Shown here in pieces: positions 16,638 to 26,900 of a DNA stretch of 58,045 nt. The stretch lies in the IMG/VR virus record IMGVR_UViG_3300048839_001287, positions 1 through 58,045 of that record; one strand, given 5' to 3'. The stretch comes from a virus. Taxonomy: Duplodnaviria > Caudoviricetes. The position numbers and the translations under genes were made by a program. The first letter of the stretch is position 1. Every line of letters begins with the position of its first letter. The notes under the pieces were generated by a model, which saw only the letters and a list, made by a program, of their open reading frames with translations, was not told the DNA's origin and ran no database searches.

Positions 16638-17644
16638 CGATACCAAATACATTGAAAAATAAGGCTAATGAAAAAATAAGGAAATTTCTCCGGAAATATT
16701 CTTTATTATTAAAAAAACTACATCCAAACTTGGCTGCTTCTTACAGAAAAGAAAATATTCAAATAGAAGGTAACTGGGCAAAACAGTTTCGCCTTGTACT
16801 AGAGCAATATGTTCGAAATGAGGAGGCCGAAAATTGGCAGGATTTTATCCAATTGGTGATTGATCTGAAGTTTCATGATTTGTACAAACAGATTGAAAAA
16901 GCAGAGTTGATTTGCTATAAAGAAGAAATTAAACCACCAAAAAAACAAAAAACTAATTTTAATCAGCAGGAAAATATTTTATCTTTATTGTTGACCAAAT
17001 TCTTACATTGTTCATCTATTGAAGAAAAAGACGAAGTAAGAAAAGAAATGCACAGAGCTTTGTTTTCAATTTTCCAAGACTTGAAAACAATGAGAGAAAT
17101 TGTGCCAAGTTTAGAACAATATTCAAATTTGGTAGAGCTAAAGATGTCAATTAATAGAATCTCAAAAATGGCCAGCAGAAATTCAGATGAACTTATTTAT
17201 CTCATACAAAATGAAATCAAAAGAATATCGAGCGTTACAAATCCGATCAAGACACCCATCCCATCGAATCCTTCGCAGAACATCCATTTTAAAACAGGTA
17301 AGCCGGGGTCTGTCGGTGATTATTCGAATGGGTTCGACAACGACATTGTCAGTAGACGAAAAGACGTTACAACTGAACCCATTCGAAGGGGTCCAGGCTT
17401 GCGCGAACAAACTAGAGATGAAGCGGTTATTTACGAAGTTCCAAGTTCAGACTCCACCTTGGGTTTTTATTCCGAGGAACCTGGCATCAGAACAAGCACT
17501 GCAAGTCCTGAAAGAAATCAATGGACGAGAGTTGAACGAGAGTTCTATGCTAGTCTTCAAGACCGTCAATCACTCACGTGGCCGGGGAATGATGCTGTTG
17601 GATTGGAACCAAGTCAGGGAATTCCTGACGAAACCAAGGACTAA
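16631..17644 (+). CDS. Hypothetical protein; last ~144 codons overlap the ATP-grasp gene
   Basis: Helical N-terminal ~190 aa, then a Pro/Ser-rich tail read in an alternative frame of the next gene. Confidence 0.6.
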   Translation: MVTIPNTLKNKANEKIRKFLRKYSLLLKKLHPNLAASYRKENIQIEGNWAKQFRLVLEQYVRNEEAENWQDFIQLVIDLKFHDLYKQIEKAELICYKEEIKPPKKQKTNFNQQENILSLLLTKFLHCSSIEEKDEVRKEMHRALFSIFQDLKTMREIVPSLEQYSNLVELKMSINRISKMASRNSDELIYLIQNEIKRISSVTNPIKTPIPSNPSQNIHFKTGKPGSVGDYSNGFDNDIVSRRKDVTTEPIRRGPGLREQTRDEAVIYEVPSSDSTLGFYSEEPGIRTSTASPERNQWTRVEREFYASLQDRQSLTWPGNDAVGLEPSQGIPDETKD

Positions 17645-18050
17645 AGATTACATTGTCGAAAAATTTGTTTCACACACAAAAGAATACCGTATCCATGTGT
17701 CTTCTTTGGGCAGATGTTTTTACACCTGTCGAAAAATGTTGAAACAGGACGCTACTGAAAGATGGTTCAGAAATTCCAAAAACTCCGTGTGGATTTTGGA
17801 AGACAACCCTCTTTTCGATAAGCCTATTACATGGAACGCAATTGTTCAAGACTGTCTTAAAGCCCTCAATGCTTTAGGTCTCGATACTTGTGCTTTCGAC
17901 GTAAAAGTAAACAAGAAAGGAGAGTGGAGTATTCTGGAAGGTAACTCAGCACCTTCTTTTGGAGACTGTACAATAGACAATCCCACGATTGTTGCACAAA
18001 GATACATAGAAGAATTTAAAGATTTAATAATCGAAAAAAGCAAAAAGTAA
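17211..18050 (+). CDS. ATP-grasp ligase (phiEco32/YheCD/RimK-like)
   Basis: ANKLEMK, HSRGRGM, YIVEKF, KEYRIHV, LGLDTCAFDV, ILEGNSAPS. Confidence 0.88.
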   Translation: MKSKEYRALQIRSRHPSHRILRRTSILKQVSRGLSVIIRMGSTTTLSVDEKTLQLNPFEGVQACANKLEMKRLFTKFQVQTPPWVFIPRNLASEQALQVLKEINGRELNESSMLVFKTVNHSRGRGMMLLDWNQVREFLTKPRTKDYIVEKFVSHTKEYRIHVSSLGRCFYTCRKMLKQDATERWFRNSKNSVWILEDNPLFDKPITWNAIVQDCLKALNALGLDTCAFDVKVNKKGEWSILEGNSAPSFGDCTIDNPTIVAQRYIEEFKDLIIEKSKK

Positions 18051-19786
18051 TGTGCGGAATTTTCGGATATTCGGGGCCGTCCCCCGATTTAGATAAGGTT
18101 AGGGTGCTTGGCATCCAAAACGACACAAGAGGGGGAAACGGATGTGGAATTTACATAGATGGGACACTTCACAAATCCGTTACACCCCCGAAATTCGGAG
18201 ATTGGGTGAAGACCGTCCGTCTTCCCCAACCAACCAAAGTAGGCACAACGTTCGGACATTGCCGGAAGGCAACAGTTGGAGCCGTCTCATTGGACAATAC
18301 GCATCCATTTGAAATCCGCGGCACCAATAACCGGGTAAAACTGGTTGGTATGCACAACGGTACGATTTCAAACTGGTCGGAACTGTGCGAAAAGCACAAC
18401 ATTGACAGCCACCAAGACATTCAAGTAGACTCTGTTGGTCTACTGTCTTTGTTGGCTCAACTTCCCAAAGGAGACTTCTCAATTTTAGAAGAGTATGTTG
18501 GTGCTGCTGCTCTGGCATGGGTTTATTCTTCTAAACCGAACGAGCTGTATCTATTTCACGGGAAGTCCCCGAGATACAAAAACTCTACGATAGAATCGGA
18601 AGAACGCCCGCTCTATTTTTGGGATATCTCAAAAGAGAAGAAAGGCGAAGAAATCGTAGACACAGGAAAAGTGGGAATCTACTTCTCAAGTATCAAAGAT
18701 TCTCTTATGCTTATTGGAGCCTTAGAGAATGAAGTAGAAGATCTCCCGCATAACAAAGTTTTCGTCATTGAAAATGGAAAGATGCGTGAAATTCGGGAAA
18801 TCAACAGAGCAAAAGCTGCCCAAGAAGAATGGTCAACTACTGGCACTAGTTACGACTACAGCGACAAGAGGACTTATGGCATGGGGGGGACAAATTATAA
18901 CGACGTTACCAATTTTACTCACAAAACCTATTACCCACCATCCGGAAAAAAGATTCCCGATCCTACCAAGTTTGTTAAGATAATACAAAACAGCGACAAA
19001 TTTCTTCTGCTCAAAAATGAGCCGGAAATACCTATCAGCAACACGTACGGAAAGGTATACTTTCATAAGGGCTTGTACTGGAGAGCGGGGTTTCCTGTTC
19101 ATAGTCGTTTTGCTGTTTTTGATTCTTCTATCAATAGCGCCCCATTTATGATGGATATACCGTTTTATGTTGACATAGACGGTACAGTACTTACCATGAA
19201 AGAAGGGGCCGCTAGACAGCTTACTCCATACTATTTCTACAGAGGCTACCTGATGGAAAACAGAGAAAAGTATGAGGGGCTTTGTCGGGAGATCGAAAAC
19301 TTTACTACAGTTAGCGCAACAATGTATAAAACGTGCTACCTAAAACGAGTACATCCAAGACAGTTTGTTGCATGGTCAGAAAGTAGTTACGGTAATAGTA
19401 CAAACGACGGCAAAATTTTGTTGCCGGATATAACTAAGGTTGAACACGGTAATTGGTGGAACTGCGTAGCAAATGGGGCTGTTTATCCGTTATTCTCCAA
19501 CAAAGTTTATCATTTTGAAGACGGACAGTTGAATATGATCGAAGAGCGAGAAAGCTACAACGGTCTTATCATTAGTCCAGAAGATTATGAACAAACCGAA
19601 GCAACTGATGTGGAAGAATTCGAACAAGCTGCCGCGGATCTTTGTAAAGAATTTACAGAACAGTTGGAGGATTTTATATCTGATAACTACGCGATTTTCG
19701 AGTCCAAAGAAGAAAACGATACAGTAATGAGAATGATTGTGTTGAAAAAAATTGTCGAAGGAGTAATTAAATACCAAGAACAATAA
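18050..19786 (+). CDS. Class II (Ntn) glutamine amidotransferase with long C-terminal extension
   Basis: MCGIFG (Cys2 nucleophile), RG..GCG, GHCRKATVG, NTHPF, HNGTI, VDS, ERPL. Confidence 0.92.
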   Translation: MCGIFGYSGPSPDLDKVRVLGIQNDTRGGNGCGIYIDGTLHKSVTPPKFGDWVKTVRLPQPTKVGTTFGHCRKATVGAVSLDNTHPFEIRGTNNRVKLVGMHNGTISNWSELCEKHNIDSHQDIQVDSVGLLSLLAQLPKGDFSILEEYVGAAALAWVYSSKPNELYLFHGKSPRYKNSTIESEERPLYFWDISKEKKGEEIVDTGKVGIYFSSIKDSLMLIGALENEVEDLPHNKVFVIENGKMREIREINRAKAAQEEWSTTGTSYDYSDKRTYGMGGTNYNDVTNFTHKTYYPPSGKKIPDPTKFVKIIQNSDKFLLLKNEPEIPISNTYGKVYFHKGLYWRAGFPVHSRFAVFDSSINSAPFMMDIPFYVDIDGTVLTMKEGAARQLTPYYFYRGYLMENREKYEGLCREIENFTTVSATMYKTCYLKRVHPRQFVAWSESSYGNSTNDGKILLPDITKVEHGNWWNCVANGAVYPLFSNKVYHFEDGQLNMIEERESYNGLIISPEDYEQTEATDVEEFEQAAADLCKEFTEQLEDFISDNYAIFESKEENDTVMRMIVLKKIVEGVIKYQEQ

Positions 19787-21468
19787 TGGAAGTAATAACC
19801 TTTTTTGGCGGCACTGCGAATAGAACACAGTGCCGCTACATTAAGGGGAGTTTCTACGAAATTGGAAAAGAAGCCTACATGGTAGATGGCCAATGGCACA
19901 GAGTTAATAACAGCAAAATTGGGTACGACATGATTTCCAAAGAATGGAGATTAATGGAAAGTATGCCCATAAACTACAAAAAAGTTTTGTTGAACATTGA
20001 CCCTGTAACAAATATGCCTTACTATGGCTACAGACCGATTGAAAAAGAAGAGGCTTTTCTGTTCGTTACAGTTTCGCGCACCATTCCGGGGTCGAAAAAT
20101 AACGAAACGGTATCAAAGCACATCGAAGCCTTAATCAATCGTGGCGCCGATTCAGCAGAAGCTGCCCAACAATACCTAGTGTATACGTCGAAAAACAGAA
20201 AAGAAACCTTGCCAAGAGATGAGTGGTTTAAGGCTAACTTTTTACCAAAACTGCAAAAAACTCTTGAAGAGTTGGAAGAGTCTGAATACATGAATTACAG
20301 TCAAATTCTTTGCGAAGAACAGTTGGCCGTTAAACTTGGTCATGTGGAAGACCCGAAAACCGGGATTTTCTATCAAAAAGATCGTTTGACAAATACAGAA
20401 AAGCAAAGAATAAGTAAAATCATGACTTATTCCTTGCAGTACTATGGTCGTGCCTACACAACGGTAGGACACAAAGACGAAGAGCAAACAAGGGAATACA
20501 GCGAAATTTACAGCAGAAAGATTTCAGGAAAACCCGCCGACAAAGTATTACAGAAGTTTATTCCTTACACGTTTGGAATTGAACACGAGACCATTCGTGG
20601 CTTTATACCGGAACCCAGACTTCCCTGGTTAGGTCTTATTCCTTTAAGGGATGGGTCGCTTGAAACTGGAGATGGGCCCGCCGGAATTGAGTATACATCT
20701 GTACCAATGGAGGGGGAATATGGAATTCGTTTATTGCGAAAACAAGCAGAATACCTCAAGAAAAGCTGCGTAGTAAATAACAAATGTGCTTGGCATATCC
20801 ATTTTTCCGGGTTCCCCAGAACTTGGTCTTATGTTAGCAAACTGTATTCTACATGCAAGTTACTCGAAGATGAAATGTATTCCTTGTTCCCAAGATACAA
20901 AAGGCATTCCAGGGAAATCATTGGCTCTCAAAAAGAGTATACGGCTCCTTTGCCCGCTGGATTAGACAGGCCCAGAAACATGTTCAATTATCTTTCTGGA
21001 GGAATGGACGAAACCAGAGCAGAATTCGAGGGGCAAAAATTTGAGGGGGAAATAAAGCACATTAACATAAGACACCATCCCAATGGTGATCAAAAATGGA
21101 ATCGTGCAGCCAGATATCATTGGATAAACTTTGAGCCCATCATTTTTTCTCCGGCGCAAACAATTGAGTTCAGACTTCACACTCCTACGGTTAACTTCCA
21201 AAAGATGGTAGCATGGTTACTGATTTGTTCTGCAATTCTACGTTACGCAGAAATCATGCTTGTAGCTCCATTGACAAAAAAACTGTCGTTGGAAACTGTA
21301 ATCAAAGAAGTAATCGATACCAAATGGCTCCAAGAGTGGGTACTTCGTTACATTGAAACAAGGAAAAGTTGGTTCGTGAATGGAACCGATGAAACAGGAG
21401 AGAAAGAAATTGCCTATGATAAAGTCTTTTCTATCTCGACTGTTGGAGAAAAAATATCTGTTGAATGA
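19786..21468 (+). CDS. Putative amidoligase (Amidoligase_2 / COOH-NH2 ligase fold) with N-terminal extension
   Basis: TFGIEHET, RDGSL, GIEYTS, CAWHIHF, RYHWIN, TIEFRLH. Confidence 0.85.
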   Translation: MEVITFFGGTANRTQCRYIKGSFYEIGKEAYMVDGQWHRVNNSKIGYDMISKEWRLMESMPINYKKVLLNIDPVTNMPYYGYRPIEKEEAFLFVTVSRTIPGSKNNETVSKHIEALINRGADSAEAAQQYLVYTSKNRKETLPRDEWFKANFLPKLQKTLEELEESEYMNYSQILCEEQLAVKLGHVEDPKTGIFYQKDRLTNTEKQRISKIMTYSLQYYGRAYTTVGHKDEEQTREYSEIYSRKISGKPADKVLQKFIPYTFGIEHETIRGFIPEPRLPWLGLIPLRDGSLETGDGPAGIEYTSVPMEGEYGIRLLRKQAEYLKKSCVVNNKCAWHIHFSGFPRTWSYVSKLYSTCKLLEDEMYSLFPRYKRHSREIIGSQKEYTAPLPAGLDRPRNMFNYLSGGMDETRAEFEGQKFEGEIKHINIRHHPNGDQKWNRAARYHWINFEPIIFSPAQTIEFRLHTPTVNFQKMVAWLLICSAILRYAEIMLVAPLTKKLSLETVIKEVIDTKWLQEWVLRYIETRKSWFVNGTDETGEKEIAYDKVFSISTVGEKISVE

Positions 21469-21827
21469 AAAACAACAAGAGCAGGGGAAACACGTGGGAA
21501 AGAACCATCGTGAAGTACCTAAAAGAGTTGGGGTATGAAGGGATCAACACTTGTCGTGCAGAATCTAAACTGCGCGATAATCAAAAGGTTGATATATGTA
21601 GTTTGCCTGGGTGGAATATCCAAGCAAAGACCCTTCATACCCCGGTACATCCGGAAAAGATTTTATCTGTAATGCCGGAGGAAGATGCAGTTAATGTCAT
21701 CTTTTTTAAAAAAACGAAGAAAATGGGAAAAAGATTTATGCCAGAAGGAGAATACGCAATTCTTAATCTTGCAGACTTTTTAGAAATAATGAAAAGTATA
21801 GATGAAAAAACGAACAGCACTCATTGA
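21465..21827 (+). CDS. PD-(D/E)XK Holliday junction resolvase-like nuclease
   Basis: NKSRGNTWERTIVKYL...VDI...IQAK. Confidence 0.8.
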   Translation: MKNNKSRGNTWERTIVKYLKELGYEGINTCRAESKLRDNQKVDICSLPGWNIQAKTLHTPVHPEKILSVMPEEDAVNVIFFKKTKKMGKRFMPEGEYAILNLADFLEIMKSIDEKTNSTH

Positions 21828-22563
21828 TGCAGATGGAATCGCATATAAGATTGCCGCTGCCAATGAAACACTTGACTCATATAACGACATAGAAAATCTG
21901 GTTCATGAATATATGAACTTTTTATTTTCTAATACAGAGGCTACACACGCCGTTTGCTTCATTAAAGGAGCAGGAAATTTTCGAAAAGATATTGCTAAAA
22001 TTAGGCCATATAAAGGAAATAGAAATCCTAAAAGAATAAAATGGTTAGAGGCAGTCTATCATATTCTAGAAAAAGAATATTTAGCTATTGCATCTAATGG
22101 AGCAGAGGCCGATGATTATATTGCTTCTTATGCGAAACAGCTAAAAGATTCTAGTGAAGACTATATTATATGTAGTCACGACAAAGACTTAAAACAAATA
22201 TGTGGTAAACATTTTGATTTAAATGATTTTGATTTTATAGATATAGATGAAAAAGATGCGGCCTATAGATTGTATCTGCAAATCCTATGTGGAGACAGCA
22301 GTGACAATATCCAAGGGATTCCCAAAGTAGGTATAAAAACTGCGGCAAAAATATTAGACGCAGGAGAACAGGCACCGAATGGGTATTTGGTTTCTTGTAT
22401 AATGGCCTATAAAGATTTTTACGGAGAGTCGTGGCCAATGTTATTCGCGGAAAACTATCAATTAGTATATCTACTTAACAACATAGATTTAAGCGAACCA
22501 ATTGAAAACGGGAAATTTATAGACGTAAATGAAAAACTACAAAACATGGAGGGGGCCGGATGA
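21802..22563 (+). CDS. 5'-3' exonuclease / flap endonuclease
   Basis: ALIDADG, FR...YKGNR, EADD, DKDL, GDSSDNIQGIPKVGIKTA (H3TH). Confidence 0.93.
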   Translation: MKKRTALIDADGIAYKIAAANETLDSYNDIENLVHEYMNFLFSNTEATHAVCFIKGAGNFRKDIAKIRPYKGNRNPKRIKWLEAVYHILEKEYLAIASNGAEADDYIASYAKQLKDSSEDYIICSHDKDLKQICGKHFDLNDFDFIDIDEKDAAYRLYLQILCGDSSDNIQGIPKVGIKTAAKILDAGEQAPNGYLVSCIMAYKDFYGESWPMLFAENYQLVYLLNNIDLSEPIENGKFIDVNEKLQNMEGAG

Positions 22564-23101
22564 TAATAATTCGTCAACGCTCTTTCTTTTGCCAATAACT
22601 AATATGCAATTAGGGGATTTCTATTCTCATAATTTCATAAACACCTTTGTTGGGGATGATGAGTTGGCAGAAGAAACCAAAGATAAAATACTGGTTGTTA
22701 TTAAACCAGATAATAAAATAAAATTAGAAACATTCATGGAAAATCGAGTAAGAAAGAATAAACTTTACTTATTCGAATACGATATGGATGATTATCTTAT
22801 TATTGTTTTTGATGTCCCTATGATATGGGGACCAGTACTTTATCTGTTTAAACAAGGAAAATACTCGCAATTCCCCGAAGAGTATAAACAAGCTTATTTT
22901 CCAAAGATAAGCCCCATTACTAAAAGGGAATCTTTAATCCATAAAATATTATACAAACATGAGGATGCTTTCCGTTTCCTTGAAATGAAGTATGATATTG
23001 TTATTCCAAGACATCAAGAAGCATGGTCAAAACCACGCTGTCATGAAGAAATATTTAGATTTAACGAAAACAATTCAATACTATGTTGGACCAAGAATTA
23101 A
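22529..23101 (+). CDS. Hypothetical protein
   Basis: 190-aa ORF (...FKQGKYSQF...) following the exonuclease. Confidence 0.7.
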   Translation: MKNYKTWRGPDDNNSSTLFLLPITNMQLGDFYSHNFINTFVGDDELAEETKDKILVVIKPDNKIKLETFMENRVRKNKLYLFEYDMDDYLIIVFDVPMIWGPVLYLFKQGKYSQFPEEYKQAYFPKISPITKRESLIHKILYKHEDAFRFLEMKYDIVIPRHQEAWSKPRCHEEIFRFNENNSILCWTKN

Positions 23102-23535
23102 AAAACTTTGTGTTAATACAACTTGAGGGATTGCTTGGGAATCAATTCGTCCCTTTTGCAAACCACGGTAGCCATAACTATAGAAACGGTGTGGCGCATA
23201 CAATAACACGAATCAACGGCAGAGGAAATTCTGTACGTGGATACAGGGAATATGCAGAGGAAGAAGGCAATGCCATCAACCTCAATGAAGAGGCCCGCCT
23301 TGTTTACACAGAAAAGGGTGTGGATAATATCCTGAAAAACATTAACATTGTTAAAAAAGAGCTGGTCAAATTGGAAGAAGAATTTCTTTCCATAAAAGAA
23401 AAGGTCAAAGAAAAAGGGGTATATGACCCCAAAACAGAAAGGCTCGAAGAAATGCTGGTTCTTTTGAGGGAAAAAAACACAGACCCAGCCATTATTGTGG
23501 ACAAACTGTTGAAAGCAGTAAATAGTGGCTGGTAA
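23083..23535 (+). CDS. Hypothetical protein
   Basis: 150-aa ORF with coiled-coil C-terminus. Confidence 0.65.
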   Translation: MLDQELKNFVLIQLEGLLGNQFVPFANHGSHNYRNGVAHTITRINGRGNSVRGYREYAEEEGNAINLNEEARLVYTEKGVDNILKNINIVKKELVKLEEEFLSIKEKVKEKGVYDPKTERLEEMLVLLREKNTDPAIIVDKLLKAVNSGW

Positions 23536-23732
23536 TGGGGCAAGAATACGGTGTATTTGTAACTAAAGACGGCAAATCTTGGGGGATGTATTTCAAAGGC
23601 ACTAATGCTTATCAAGCTGCTATGAAAAATAGGGTTTTGCTTTTCAGTTTTGGAAAAAAAACCGGAGACGGGATGCTTTGGCAAAACATGCCTTTTTTAA
23701 CAAGAATTATTGCCGAAACATTTAAGCCATGA
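23535..23732 (+). CDS. Hypothetical protein
   Basis: TAATG-coupled ORF. Confidence 0.55.
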   Translation: MGQEYGVFVTKDGKSWGMYFKGTNAYQAAMKNRVLLFSFGKKTGDGMLWQNMPFLTRIIAETFKP

Positions 23733-23911
23733 GAAAAGCATTTTTCATTTCAAAAAAAACTGTCTTGACGTACATAGAATATGATTACAAAGGAAGAAAA
23801 CCAATTCCCACAGTTGAGGTTCTTCTGTTTGAACATAATTGTGAACGTCGAGAGGCAAGAAGAATAAAGGGAATCATTTTTGAAGCAATAAAAAAGGGTG
23901 CTCCTGTTTAG
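23729..23911 (+). CDS. Hypothetical protein
   Basis: ATGA-coupled ORF whose stop lies within the terminator. Confidence 0.5.
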   Translation: MRKAFFISKKTVLTYIEYDYKGRKPIPTVEVLLFEHNCERREARRIKGIIFEAIKKGAPV

Positions 23912-23927
23912 GGGCACCCTTTCCTTT
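23890..23927. terminator. Bidirectional intrinsic terminator between the convergent gene blocks
   Basis: AGGGTGCTCCT-GTTT-AGGGGCACCCT stem with an A-tract on the left and a T-rich tract on the right. Confidence 0.85.
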
Positions 23928-23956
23928 CCGAGTCATATAAAAAATTTAAATGACCG

Positions 23957-26900
23957 CTATTTATCAAACAATTGAACTCCTGAAGAATAAATTTTATGTG
24001 CTTGAGTTGTGCCGGGTAAAAACTGCGCCGTTTCTCTAAGAATTCTAGAGTCTCCAGAGTACACACCAGATTTAATTTCATCTTCTCCTAACATTAATTT
24101 CCAAGTGGCATCCATTAGTTGTGTTGCATCACTGAATAATGACATGGCTGGAATTGGCCTCTTGATAAGCGTTTCCATCGCCGACGGATTAGAGTAAAAC
24201 AAAATGTCTGTTTGAACTCTAAGTAATTCATTAATCATAATATTCGTAAGGAAACTTCTGTCGTCATCGTCTTCTCCTTCTGTAGCATGTTTCAAAGCGG
24301 CTAAGGCTATTGTTGCAGTTATAAGAAGTAAAGTTTCATTGACGTTGGCAGATAAGTTTGCATAATCTACATCATCAAACTTATACTGTTCACCCATAAA
24401 AACTCCCTGCTGGTCTGCCTTTTTAATTACATGGCCTAACAACATTCTTCTAACTAACTCTCTACCCATCAGCATACTTTGCTTTGACCAATCTAGTCCT
24501 GTTCCATTAGCATAAGCAAATACACTAAAACCACTGCGATAACGCCCTTTTCTTTTATAACCCAAAGAATAATCCTCGTACTCTTTACCAAATCTATTGA
24601 AAAATCCTTCAAACATCCAGGTTCTAAATTGCGCTAACAATCTGCCTATAGAAGTTTTCTTTACCATCAACGGAGATTCTGGGTCATAGTTACCGTGGGT
24701 TTTCTTAATGGCCTGGTCTATCCTTACTTTAAAATCAAGAATAAAGTCTCTAGGCTCTTTTCCAAACTCAGCAGTATTCCATTTCCCATCATTTCCAAAA
24801 GCTTCCCACATTGGCCTTTGTTTACCATTATTATCAGTAATGGTTTCTTTCAACATCATAGCAATCATTACAGGGGCCTGGTTAATATACTCGCTTCGTT
24901 TTTGCATCTGGTAAGGACTAAGAAAACGCAGTCTGTTTATACCTAAAAGGGACTTTGAAGTAGCTTTATACATTTCATCAGAAGCATCCTTTAAAACATC
25001 CATTCTGTCCATAAGATTTCTAATCTTTAAAGCAGTAGGATGATTATATGAATTGAATGAAAAGTTTCTTAAAACACTTCTCATTACCATTGCCATAGCT
25101 TTTTTATATTCTTGTTCTCCAAATAGTCGTCCGTCTCCAGCCTCAATAATATTTGAAACAAGACCAAAACCCATGTTAGCTATACCAGATAAAATGTTCC
25201 ATCCCATTGACTTTAACTGCATCCAACGAATAGCACCATTGACCACACCAGAACCAGTAAGAACCCCACCAAGATATTCTAATTGGCCCTCAAGAATTTT
25301 CTTGTTACTATCATAAACAGACTTAATCATTAAGCCGTTCTTATAGTCTTCTTCGTTTTGAGTAAGAAGAGTTTCGATTTTTTTCTTTTGTGCTAACTCT
25401 TCACTAGTTAACAATTTCTTTTCACTCTTAAGTTCTACGTCTTGTTCGCGTAAACCATAAAACCTACGAAGAGCAAAATCAAGCATGTTTTTATAGTTAT
25501 CTAGGCCATCCTTTACAGCTAACTCTCCAGCAGTATTATGTAATGGTGCACCAGAAGAATTAGTATGCACTTCTTTTCTGGTTTGAAATTGTTGCTCAAG
25601 AAGTTTAACATAGTCTTCTATAGCTGCTTTATGGTGAAAAGAATAAGTAGTAAAAGCATACAGTTTAAGAATCTTACCCAAATCAAACGACTTGTTTTGT
25701 GCCATTTCATGTAAGATGTCTTTTTCCAAGGCTTTCTTTTCCAACACATTAGGAACACGTTTGTTAGTAAGTTGAAACTCAATAACAGCCGTTTTCATTT
25801 TTTGTTCTACCTCTGCTTTATGATTAGACATCATATGAAAACGAATATTTTTTTCGTCTTCTCCAGTAACAGGATCAATATCAGCAGTACTTGTGTCAGA
25901 TAAATCTTCACTACGAAGAATCTCTTTCATTGAATCCCATAATCCAATAGCAGCTAACTTGCCAGAATTATCAGAGCCAAGCTTTTCCACTAAGGTTTTT
26001 TTAATTGTAGGAATAGTATTCAAACGAATGTTTCTTCTTACGTCATGGGGCAAAAGAGCGTTCAATTGGTAAAGAGTTTCTGCCATAAAATCATAGAACT
26101 CAAAAAGATCATTATCCTTTTCTATAATTTCAAAGTTAGGATCATACCATTTAGTTTTTGCTCCTGTGGCACCATATTTTTTAGGTACAGCATAAGTTCT
26201 ATGTTGTCCTTGGATTCTTAATTTATTTCCCTTATGGTCTAAAATAATCTTATTATCTACTACTTTTGCTGCCGCCCAATAAGGAGAGTTGATTTTATCC
26301 CACTGGTCCATTAACTCGTCTTTTTCAGCAATAGTTGTTATCGGGTCACTATAAATACGGTCTTTGGCTAATTCATAATCAAACTCAAATTCCTCTACTT
26401 TCTTTTCCAGTCTTGCGATTAACTTGTCGTATCCCTTTTGTCCAAGAGCTTCTAATAAATCTTTCTTGTGTGTATCAACATCAACAGCAGTAAAAATTTC
26501 ATTGTTATAACGATAAACACCGGACTTTTTAGTTTTAGGAAAAAGCTTGCGAACATCAAACATGATTTCGTTATTTCTTCTCCATCTAAAATAAGCGTCC
26601 CAATGTTTAGGTTTGTTTGTTGATTCCGCTACTCTAAGTAATTTATCTTTTTCATCAAAATAATCTACAGAATAGCGCATCACCATATCTCCAGTCTCTT
26701 TTCCGTTAGAGTCTTTTTGTTTAAAGATAGAGTAAATATCTTTAGAGTTAATAGCCATCAACTTTGGACGAATCTTTTCTACAAGCTCATCGACCTTTTC
26801 ATTAATACTTGCAGAATCCATTCTTGCCTTTGTACTCTGATTTTTAATAGCAATGGCTAAAGACTGAAGCATAGGGTCTTTTGTTTCCGCCAAAGAAATA

